NCBI GenBank assembly: GCA_905178155.1 | Contig: CAJINV010000035.1 | Coordinates: forward strand, 1,879 to 65,878 | Origin: Amoebophrya sp. A120 | Lineage: Eukaryota; Protista; Dinoflagellata | DNA: 64,000 bases | Direction: 5' to 3' | Shown: positions 47,864 through 59,219 of the stretch, in pieces | Layout of the letters: every line of letters starts with the position of its first letter | How positions within the stretch are numbered: position 1 is the stretch's first letter | The notes under the pieces: generated by a model | What the model saw: the letters and a program-made list of their open reading frames with translations, nothing else | What the model was told of the DNA's origin: nothing | The model's database searches: none | Translations under genes and position numbers: made by a program

Positions 47864-50800
47864 TTACAAGTTGCACATCACTTCATCTTTTCTCTGCCCG
47901 AAAGATGTTGAACTACACATTTGTATTATCCATACCTGTTGGCTGGTCGCTCCAGCTCTCGGCCCGAAACTTGGATTGCCACTTGCCAATGCCCCTTTGA
48001 AAAATGGGTTGCTCGAATCATCATCATCGTCGTCGTCGTCATCGGAGCAGCTTTTCGGACTACTGCATTGCCTTCTGCTGCACGAGGACAATTTGTCATC
48101 ACAGTCGGAGTATCCACTGCAAGTACGTCTGGGTCTGGAAGATTCCCCGGTTTGTCATGCATATTTTGCATGGTCCATGATGCCTGTAATGCGTGGCCTT
48201 GAATCACAGATCGTTCGAGGGCTTTCTGATACCTATTCCGCATGAGAAATGCCCTCTCCGCATAGCGCAAACTGGACTTCTCTTTCTGTTCATGCAATAG
48301 AGATTTTTTTGAATCCAAACACAGCATGACAAGTTTTCATCCTTCCAGACCCAGACATATTTGCAATGCATACGGACGAGGCGATACTCTTGTGACTCCG
48401 GTAGGAGTATTCCTCGTCGTGACTGTAGCTGTCTTCGTCGTCGTGCAGCGAGCTGCTGGAACGACCACCGCCTTCTCCACCCAGTCCGCTTGCTAGTTCG
48501 CTACCTTGTTGCGACGATGGTGCAGCTGATAAGCTTGTTTCTTGCGGAGCAGCACTTCCAAGTAAACGACGATCTTCGCTATTACGTCGACCGGTGGTGC
48601 AAACATCGTGGGGCCCGTGCTGTAGCTGTGGCGCCGCCACGGCAGGAGCTCTGTCGCCGCCGTCGCCTCGCATTCTCTCAGACAGGTGGTCCGCTACAGC
48701 TCTTGGCCGCGCCACGGAGATGGACGACGTAGAATTATCAGAAGGCTGGACAGGTGCAAAGATCTCTTCGACGGACCTCCGCTCTGGTACACCAAGCAAA
48801 GATATCAAATGCAAAAATGTCTGGGTCTGGAAGAATGCGCGATCTGTCATGCAGCTTCTCCATGACCCTGACCCATGAGGTCTGGAATGCAGGACCTAGC
48901 ATGACAGATTCTGCGTGATCTCTCTCATGCCTATCCTGCATGAGAAACTCCCTCCCGACGTGGTCAAAACTGAACGACTTCTGGTAATCTTCATGCAACA
49001 CAGATTTCTGCATGCTTCAGATTTAGCATGACAAGTTGCATTCTTCCAGACCCAGAGCCAGACATTTTTACATTTGATAAAAGACAAAGCCGCCTTAATG
49101 TTGTCTGCCTCCCGCCAGCCGGAGTTGCCGCCGCAGGAGACGACACATGTCTGGATCGTGCAGCGGCTGCGGCGGCCATCCAAGTACTATGAATTGCAAA
49201 AGCTAAAGCATCGTACTCGTATAAATGCATATACAAATTTCCTCAGCATGAAAACTGGAATTTGTCATGCTGTTTTACCTTGAGGACAAGATTTGTAAAT
49301 GCATAAAAGCGATTACGATTAGTACGAGTGCGATACTTTTGCACAGGATACTTTCAGGCGCATCTTGATGTGGATGTTGTCCGGGGCGAGAAGATTTTCA
49401 TCGTCGTCGCCCTCGTCTCATCAAATGCAAAAATGTCTGGGTCTGGATGGGTGCAACTTGTGATGCTGCATTTGGATACCACAAAAACCTGCGTTGCATG
49501 AACAGCAAAAGAGGTCCAGTTTTTGCCTCGGCGAGAGGGCATTTCTCATGCGGTACTATAGGCATCAGGAAGCCCTCACAAAATCTGTGATGCTACGGCA
49601 TGCATCACAGACGTCAGGAGCCATGCAAACTGTGCATGACAAACCTTGGATCCGTCCAGACCTCCCAGACATTTTTGCATTTGATACCTCGTCTGCGGCG
49701 CGTCTGAAATGGAGCATCACGGTGTCCCCGCCAATAACTTCACGCCGGGCCCCTCGCAAGAAGACCGTCCGGTTTCCGACGTCGCATTTGATGTCCTGAA
49801 TGGATGGCGGGTAATGGATGGTGGGCATGGCGCTGCCAAGGAAGCCAATGCTCAAGTCCGAAGTAGGCTCGCCATCCGCGCTTTTGCAATACCCCATCGG
49901 GGCTGCACACAAGCGCACCCAGTTTAGTTTCGTCTCATCGTCCGCGCCTGCGCCGGGCGGGAAGCAGTCCGATACGCTGATGCGGAGGCCCGCCGCCAGA
50001 CTCGGCTGCGTCTGGAGCAACAAGGTGATCAGCTCGACGGGTCGGTGTGTGTTGTTATTGTTCCCGCAGAACCTCATCTCGGGTCGCAAAACGGCATTCA
50101 CATCTCCTGTCTGGAAAAGCCGCAAAAGTGCGTCGCGAGGGATTAACGGAAAGAAAACCGCGGCGGTGTCCAACACGAGGTCCTCGTCGTCACCTTCGTC
50201 CACCGAAAGCCGGAAGTCACGGTCCTCTGGGAAAAGGTCAACCTATGCAGCATTGCAAACACAGAAGACATAAAAATTTAGGCCTGAAATAATTTGTGAT
50301 GGCGAACAGCTACCTTGTGTGCATCACAAGGTAGCTGCTCGTACGGCATGGAATCATCAGACGTTGTTGTTTGCGTCGAGACTTTTAAGTTATGTATGCA
50401 GATTTATCGTCATGACGAGTCATACCTGATAAAACGCATGACAAGAAATAACTGGCTTGTTCAACGAGCACCAGTGAGCCAAAAAAAGTGGCGACTCGTA
50501 TTCATGCATGCCAGCATCACAGATCTACTTAATGTCCTGCTCCCGATCTTGCAGTAGAAATCCAGAAAGAGACGACCACACAGCACGTCATCGATATCGT
50601 ACGAAAAAAGTGTTTCTCTGCAAGGATTTTGTAAGTTTTGCATCACAAGTTTGTTCTACATCACAGAGAAAATTTGCCATGCGAGATTCCCAAGGGAAAA
50701 CACAGCTAAAAATCAAGTGTCTTGCATGTGTAGCAAGGCAAACACTTCTCAGATACAGTTTCTGCATTACAAGTTTACAGTGAAACAGTTTTTTCTTGCG

Positions 50801-53800
50801 ATAGACGATGTTTACAATGCGTAGAAGCAGTTGCTTGACAGCCTTGTCCAGTTCCGGCGAAATTGGCCAGCTCGTTTCCGCATGCATCGCAAACGTGCCT
50901 GGGTCTGGAAACTGGAAACTTGTAATGCTGAGTGGCATGGTACTAGCACGAAGAGTCCACAAGTAATTATGGCCCAGCATAGCAAGTTTCTGAGCTACTT
51001 CTAAGTGTTGCCTATTCTCCTGCATGACAAGCAGCGTTTCTCCTTCTGCATCATAGAAAAATGGGGCTTGCGTGTATACGTGCATGACAGACTTGAGAGT
51101 CTTACTGGCCCCAGCATGACAAACCTCGCACTTTTCATTTTCCAAACCCAAACATATTTGCATTTGGTATATCTCTATGAACTGCAAAAGTATCGTACTA
51201 GTATAATTTGCAATACAAATTTCCTCAGCATGAGAAAAAAAATTGTCATGCGGATCTACCTTAACAATAGAATTTGTAATGCATAAATGCGATTAGTACT
51301 AGTACGATACTTTTGCACAGGATAATCTCGCCCAGCGCCAGTACCGGCCGCAGTCCCGATATTACAGTGAAAAGTGCCCCCCACCCCAAAAGTTGCAAAA
51401 GTTTGTGATGCGAGGTTTCCAAATGAAAACTTTTTGTCATGCATGAAAGGAATATGAATCTTTCTGATGCAGATTCTAGTGGTGTTTCGCATCGCTTGCA
51501 CGACAAGCATCGCTCTTGCTGGGATCTTTTGCAATACAGATTTTTGCTATTAACGATCGGAAATCTGTGATGCTGATACATGCAAGAGGGCGAATGTTTC
51601 ATTTCTTGGAAAGGGCATTTTTCATTGCAATACCCGAGGGGATCGGTTCGATAGCCGCGACGGCAGCAGCGAGTGTGGCTTCCAATCGGAAAAAAACGTT
51701 GAGGGTTTCTTGAAAACCGTCGATGTGAATAACGATCCCAGTTACTGTGGCAGCCGGGTTTGTGGTCAGTCTCTGGTCGAAGAAGTCGGTGTAGTGTTTT
51801 AAGTTGCCGCTATGAAAATGCACGACTTGATGTTCCCCCCGCCCGCATTCGCACTGGGATGAAAAGCAAATAGAATATCGTCGATAGCAGGTCAGTTCGC
51901 ATGCAGCTTTTGCATGACATCAAAAAAACGCGACCACGGAGCGGGGATCATATCATAAGGCCATACAAACAGTTACACCAGTTCCAACGTGCAAAGAGTT
52001 TGAATCAATCTGGTGCTCTTTCGCATGACAAGTGAAGGGGAAGACGCGACGTTGTGCATTGAGATACTCGGGGCAGTGCAGACACTGTGTGTCCAATTCC
52101 CAATCATGCGTCTTTACTTCGACCGGGCCCGTGGTTAAATCGCGGGAGCTGTAAAAGAACTGCCGTGCCAGCCAGGCGCGCACGGAATCAGGGACGTCCT
52201 TCTCGTGGGCCCTGACGCTGATGTGCACCTGTACAGTGCACAGTGTTTTGTCGCCTATCGTCGACTATCAAATGTAAAAATGTCTGGGTCTGGAATGTTA
52301 CCGGGTTTGTCATGCATATTTTGCACGACCCAGGATGTCTGTAATGCACAACCTAGCATGACAGATTTTCAAAGGGCTTCCTGATGCCTACTCCGCATGA
52401 CAAACGCCCTCCCCGCGCAGCACAAACTAGACTCCTCTTGCTGGTCACGCGATACAGATTTTTTTACTTTTAGAGTCCAAAGTTAGCATGACAAGTTCCA
52501 ACCTTCCAGACCCAGACATTTTTGCATTTGATATCACCTGGCTTTCGTAGCACAGCTGAAGCCCCAACTGCAAGTCGAGCACCTTCAGTGTCAACTAGGA
52601 AAGTATGTCGGGTGTTCCGGAAGAACGCATAGATTCGTCATGCTCATGCTTGGGTGACATGAGAAGAACAAGGTCTGTCATGCCTATGGCGGAGGTACAG
52701 CCACTTATGTTTGTCAATGCAAAAAAGCAATTTTCCGTCCGGTTTGCGAAATAATATGGCACGTAAGAAAAAAAAAATTAATCTTGTCACGTACTATGTG
52801 GGATAGTAGAGGTGGCTGCCTACTATACAACTCTTCATGCGCAGTCTCTGGTACAGCAATCTTTCCAGACCCAGACATCTCATACAAATGATATTCAGGC
52901 CCGTGTATCGAAAGGGGTTCAAAAAACCAGGCTTGGTGAAGACGAACAGCCTATCAACTGTAAAAGTGTCCGGGTCTGGAAGATTCTGAGACTTGTCATG
53001 CACGTGTTGCATGAGCCATGATGTCTGTGATGCATGCCCTGGCATCAAGGGCTTTCTGACGGATTCTTGATGCCTATTCCGCATGACAAATGCCCTCCCC
53101 GCGTAGCAAGAACAACTAGAATCCTTTTGCTGCTCATGCAACACAAATTTTTTAGGCATCCAAATGCAGCATAACAAGTTGCATTCTTCCAGACCCAGAC
53201 ATTTTTGCATTCGATACAGCCGTTGGCCGAAGACGTGGGAGGAAAAGTCCACCGGGACAGCGCAACGAACCTGGATGCACTCAGTGTTATCCCCAATCTC
53301 GTAAGACAGCACCTGCGGTCGCCACTCCGCTTTCGTCTCCGTGTCGAAGATGTGCAATCCCAAAACCGGGTCCGTGTGCAGCAGCAGTTCCTTCTGTGTG
53401 TAGACCCGTGGTTCCGGCAAAAACTCGTAATATCAAGTGCAAAAGTGTCTGGGTCTGGAAAAGTGGAACTTGTCATGCTAAATCTGAATCATGTAAGAAT
53501 CTGTGGTGCATGATTACCAAAAGCTATCCACAGGCATGATAGAACTCTCAGAGAACAATCTGTCATCATGCTATGTCCTACATACCAGACCTCTTGGGTC
53601 ATGGAAAACCTGTATGACAAGGCTGGCAATCTTCCAGACCCAGACATTTTTCCAGTCGATACGTAAATCTGCCGCTCGATTTCCTCCGGCACCGCGAGTA
53701 CGACGGGGTAGTAAGCCGCCCCGAACTGCCTGCGCATCTGGTTCTATGCATCGCAAATATGTAATCTGGGTCTGGAAACCTGTGATGCTGAGTTGCGGAA

Positions 53801-54064
53801 AACTTGCATTTGTAGTTACGCATGACAAGTGTTCACAGCTGCGCTCTCTGAAGCGGAGTACGCATGACAAATCGCCTTTTTGGATGACAAATGAGGCTGC
53901 CCTTTTGCTCGTCATGCAATACAGATTCTACAGCCTCATGCAAGACACGCAATACAAGTTGGACTCTTCCGGATCCACACATATTTGCATTTGATAGTTT
54001 CTGCCTTTTCTCGAAACACGCCGCCGCGGTTTTTACCAATAAGGTGTTCAACTTCTTCTTCGCG
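47864..54064 (-). CDS. One or more hypothetical genes with many introners; the most upstream exon is cut off by the large insertion at 54191
   Basis: TIR elements at 48111-48372, 48803-49079, 49188-49350, 49419-49686, 50595-50803, 50881-51169, 51176-51324, 51360-51632, 52266-52533, 52952-53216, 53431-53661 and 53745-53996. Joins in 52900-54064 verified in frame (VPEEIERQIY|EFLPEP, F-box-like pattern). Gene number not resolved. Confidence 0.5.
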
Positions 54065-54190
54065 TATGCATTGCAAAAGTTAAAGTATCGCACTCGTATA
54101 AAAAATGCATTACAAATTTTGTCAGGATGAGAAATAAAATTTGTGATGCGGATTTGCCTTAACAAAAAGATTTGTAATGCATGATTGCAA
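54065..54190. mobile_element. Left part of a family B introner, interrupted at 54191
   Basis: Matches family B (cf. 16229-16380) up to gcatgattgcaa, then the expected tacgag...gatacttttgcacaggata right end is missing. Confidence 0.8.
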
Positions 54191-55121
54191 TATCGAAGAA
54201 AAAAACACCATCACAATCACAAAACTCAAATTTTCAAAATTTTTGACCATCAAAATTAAAACTTCGCTGGACTTTCGCGGCACTCCCGAACCTGTTGTAT
54301 CTGGTTTTGAATGTTGAGTTTTGCAGCAGATGATTTATGATATTGGCTATTGGCGGTAAGCTAGCTAGTTAAGAAGAGAGATTTCTGAAGACAATCGCTC
54401 AGCTTCCAGCAGACGAACAGTGGTAGATGGGGTTGTCGCCCTCTGGCCCCACCTCGTAAGTCAAAACGTCGATTTCGGACATCCACAGCTCGAGCTCGCA
54501 AAACGTCTAAGTAGGGTATCCACTGCTCCGGCTCCGGCCCATAGATCTAGACTCTAAATCCCAAGGCCCGAGCAGCCAGATCGACAAACGATGCATGCGT
54601 TCCGGGCTCTAGGCCCCAGCGATCAGAACCAAGCTCTCACAGCCAAGCCAGCAGATGGCTTGGAGATCTAGAATATTCGCGGTCACCAAATTTGTCATGC
54701 AGATCTCAAATGCGTTCCACTTCTACCGCGTTCCACGGTTCCTCATATTTGTCATGCGCCGATTGCGTTGCGACCCAAACCAAAATGCTTCATTTCCAAA
54801 CCACCTCCAGGGCTTATCTAATTTCAGCGTTGTCGCAGACATCAGCTTTCCACTTTCGTACTTTTGCTCGGTCGTAGCATCAGTCTTCTCGATTCACCGT
54901 AATCGCTTTGAACTTCCACCTTTATCATCTCCACCGCAACGGTAACTTCGTCGGATTCCTCGACATATGCATTTGAAAATTCCAGTTTTCCCAAGTTTGT
55001 CATGCATTTTTAGCATGACAGATATTTTGCAGACGTAGATTTATGCATGACAAACTGGTTGGGAATGACTGGAGTTTTCATCTTCATAGGGCTCGACTTT
55101 CCGCTCTCGAAGACAAGCAAG

Positions 55122-57605
55122 ATGTCTGGACGCCAGGAGATCACTCTCAACGCCAAAACCACGGGGAACTACGGCCCTTTGACCGCCCCCGAGAAGAAAA
55201 AAGAGGCGGCCCGCCTGGCTGTGTGCTTGAAGATCATCTTGTCGCACTTGAAACCGGCCGACATGCTGGACTTGATCAAGCACTTGCAGGATGCCTATGA
55301 CGAGTCCCAGAAGAAGCCCGAAGAAAAGTTGGGCGGCCAGGTGTTCAGTGGAACCAATTTCAAAGGTACTACTTTGCTGTTGTATGATGCGCTTGTGCTG
55401 TTTTTGTAGGGTCGGTTTATAATTTTCTTCATTTTTTCCCGTCCGACATGAACTCATATCTTGATAAGAGACTGTCATGCGAAAATGAAACCAAAAATAT
55501 ATCTTCACAGAGGGGTGGAAGTCGATACCCATCAAATTCCTGCAAAAATGGACGGCGCTGGTTTTTGAGTGCGAGGTCCAGGACGTGCAACGCGTCCTGA
55601 AAGAGGCCGAGCAGGCGTGGGCCCTCTTTCAGACCATGGGAATTACCGACATTCACGTACTTTATCTTGTTTTTTTCAAATCTGTCATGCATATGTGTAG
55701 TTTTTTGCATCACAAATTCATCACTTGTGTTGTGCTCCAGAACTTCAGCTTTGGTGCTGATCCCGAGCCACCTCCTCATAACAAAAAACAGCCGCCGACC
55801 GGAGGCGAATCGGCCGCTACGGAGAAGTCCTGCGTGGGTGAACTGCGCTGGTGGAAGCAGAACCGCCCGAAAAAGTTCCGCAAAGCGGCCAAAGAGTTGC
55901 GCCGCTTGATGCGCGGCGACCACGAACCGTCGGAATCCGGTAGCAGCGACAGTGACCACGATTCGGCTTTCGGAGGCGAAAAAAACCGCGATGCCAGCAC
56001 CGATACCTCTGGTTCCAGTTCTTGCGGAAAAGGTCGCCGCGGTGGGAAGAAAAATGCCAAGAACAAGAAGATGAAAAAGGAGAAAGCTAAGCCGAAGGTA
56101 CTTTTGTTTGTCAGATAAGTCGGTGCAAATTTACACACAACACAAAGCTTCGCCAGCCTATTCATTCATGCGCAATACAGACATCTGAAAAGTTATATCA
56201 TGACTGACCAATCCAAAAACTAAAACAGGGCTCGATTTTGGCGCTGGCCAACAAGCCGAAGTCCATGTTGTTGAACTTCCGCGACAGCTCCAGTGCGGAT
56301 CGCAAGCGTGGCCGCTCCAAGAATGTGACCATCAAGCGCCGCCGCAAGCAGTCCTCTTCTTCCGCGCCATCCACCCCGCCCAAGCGGAAAAAGAACAAGC
56401 CCGTCCGCCAATTGACCCCGCACCCCCGTTACATCGAGCAGCGTGCGGGTCTCCCCGGGTCTTCGAAAGACATCTTCGCCCCGAACCACAACTACTCGCT
56501 GCGCGACTACCGCAAGATGCGCTCGTCGGGGAAACCGAAGTCTGGGAAACCGAGTATGCTGCTCGCGGGGAAGGAGACTTCGAAGAACAAGCGGAACGTG
56601 TTGGAAAGCGTGGACGAGGAAGAGGAAGATGCCGACTCTATCGGCGACTCTGATTCCCACGCCGAAGATTCCATGGACAACTACTTCCGCCACAACCCCA
56701 ACCTCGACAGTATGATCGATGATGGGGAACTGGATGATCAGGAGTCGAAGTCGGGACTGCCTGCTACCCCGTTGTCGCCGGATTCTTCTCATGGTGCTTC
56801 GAAAAAGCGCGGCCGTGGCAAGGGGAAGGATGATAAGAAGCCGGCTGGGAAAGGTGCTGCTACCCGCACCAAGAAAAAATCGGCCGACAAGAAGGACGAT
56901 AAGAAGGAGGCTCCGAAGCCGACGGTGAAGGTCCCGGGTACCGATGGGCGCCCGTCGCGTGGTAGCGCTTTGTCGGACAAAGCCAAATCCCTGCGTGCGA
57001 AGCGTGAAAAAGCGACGAAGAAGGCGACTGCCTCGCAGGCTTCCGGCCGTGGTACCCAGTCCTCCCAGAAGTGTATCTACTTGAAAACGGCCTCGCTGCA
57101 GCATTTGTTTCCAGGTTTCTGAACGACAAGGTTGTTCATTTTATGGAGAAGTTGATTTCTCTAAAACGAAAAACGCATGACAGGTTCAGCCTCCTGGAAA
57201 TTTCTGCAGCGGAGGCTCGTTTTCAATTGCATAAACGCCGCTCCGAAAACCCCGGAGTCGAAGGCGCGCACTCCGCGCGGCAAGACTCCTGTCGCGACTC
57301 CGGGATCCGAAAAGAAGACGAAGATGTTGCCGCCGAAGCTGCCCTCGCCGAAACAGGATAAGTCCACCCCCATGAAGACGAAGTTGGCCAGCACTCCGGG
57401 CAGCTCGGGGAAGAAAAAGAACGACGACAAGACTGCTGCGTCGCAGAAGGACCCGCCCCCGTCGGAGAAGAAAAACGACAAGCACTATTCGCCGAAGCCC
57501 AAGACGGGGCCTCCGGCTAGCAGCAGCAAATCCACGAAGGGTGAGGTCAAGGAGGAACAGAATACCTCGAAAAAGGACGAGGTGAAGAAGGACAAAACGC
57601 AGTAG
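55122..57605 (+). CDS. Lys-rich basic hypothetical protein carried by the large element
   Basis: GT-AG introns 55366-55510, 55657-55740, 56098-56228 and ~57071-57214 join track ORFs 55047-55409, 55585-56118, 56238-57122 and 57177-57605 in frame (the last junction is less certain). Confidence 0.72.
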
Positions 57606-59219
57606 GTGCTGCTGGTGCAGGCCGAATCAACATCGTCAAAACTGCGGCGTTGCAGTTTTTCACAGTTCTATTTCGTCGCGGGCCGACAAGAGCAAACCGA
57701 TTTTTCGTAGAAATAAAAGCTCATCGGAGGTGCCTACATCCTCCCATCAGCAACTACACTCGAAACCGGTGCCGATATCCGGACCAGTGCAGCGGGACAC
57801 TGATATCAAAACCTGTCTTCATACGTCACGCGGTCCTGCATGACAAACTTCAAACAACAAATGATAGAAAGGAATAAAAACAACGTCCGATTTAGCAGCA
57901 CCATCACCAGCAATAATTTCGAATATCCGGCTAAAACAACTTCGGCTGCGGCAGTAGTAGTTCCCGCATATTCATCAACTGATATCTTCACCTCCACCGC
58001 GTTCGGTCTCGGCGACACTGATCTCCCAGTCCTTATGGATTTGAAAAATTCTACCCCACTTTAGTGAAAGGCTAAAGCGCAAGATCGGAATCTGTCACGC
58101 GTGACAAGATGATATCTCGTTACGATTTCACAGCGACAGGAATTCGTCATGCATTTTGTAAAGTGTCACGCGTGTGAGGATGAGGCATCTTGCAATTGTG
58201 CCTTTCGCTAAGGTGGGGGCATCGTTTTCATTTCCATCTGCGGCCCACGGTGTCGAATCAAACGTACTTTCAGGGAAAGAACTACATTTATTTGAGTCGA
58301 TGTCATCGACGATTTCTACTCCTCGACTGAGGAGAAAGTGAACACTTTCACCGCGTATGGAGCTTGCTCCTTTTGAATACATTGCTGAGATAAAATGCGA
58401 AGCTTTTCGAGCTTCACAAAAAACTTTATTTTTTAACTGTTAAACGGACGGATGGAACCCAATAAAGCTGTGCCCTTCTCATGTTTGCCGACAGGCTACG
58501 TGCCCGCTACCGCTTCTTCTTCTTTCGTGTTCCTCAACCTCCTCCTTCCGAAATGAAAAGCTCCTTCCACCGAAGCTCTATGGTTCCGCGAAATCAAAGT
58601 AACGCGATCACCGCCCGGATCACCAATGGCTTTGCCGTCGATCAACGTTCTCGTCGCCTACAGCCACGACCGCAGCAGATCCCAAATTTCTGCTCATCGC
58701 TCGGCCCTGCGGTGCCTCGTTCTTCCACCAATGCGCTCCATCCAACAACAATTCTTTTTTCAATTTTCTCCCCGGTTCTGCTGCTTCTCAGCGAGTTCGG
58801 ACGACAAGGCTCCACGGAAATTAAAACGCAGGTCTTTCGTTCTCCACCCGATCTTGATTGCGACTGCGAAAAGTTCTTTCCGATGCATGCACTTTGAGCC
58901 ATCTTCTAACAGGGCCTTCGTTTTTGCACTTCGTGTGAAAACAGGATTGGAATTCCACTTGATTGCAAACTAGAACTTCTAGGTTTTGTAGCTTCTAAAT
59001 CTACGTAGCGACTCAGATTCAAATATAGTTTTTGTGCGGGTTTGCGCTCCGCGCTTTCTCGATAGCGACATAATTTGAAGATGGTGCAGGTGTATCCGAT
59101 GTCAAACGCCCCTCGAAAGTTGTTTGCTGTGCCATGCACAGCCTTCATTTGTCATGCACGGAGTGCATGACTGCATATCAAACGACTCTCGTGGGGCCAG
59201 TTTGCCATAGGATATACAG

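Noticed and set aside
48-54165. Many short track ORFs sharing peptides such as FQTQTFLHL, KCKNVWVWK and PDPDIFAFD
   Set aside because: They are translations of the element TIRs, not a protein family.
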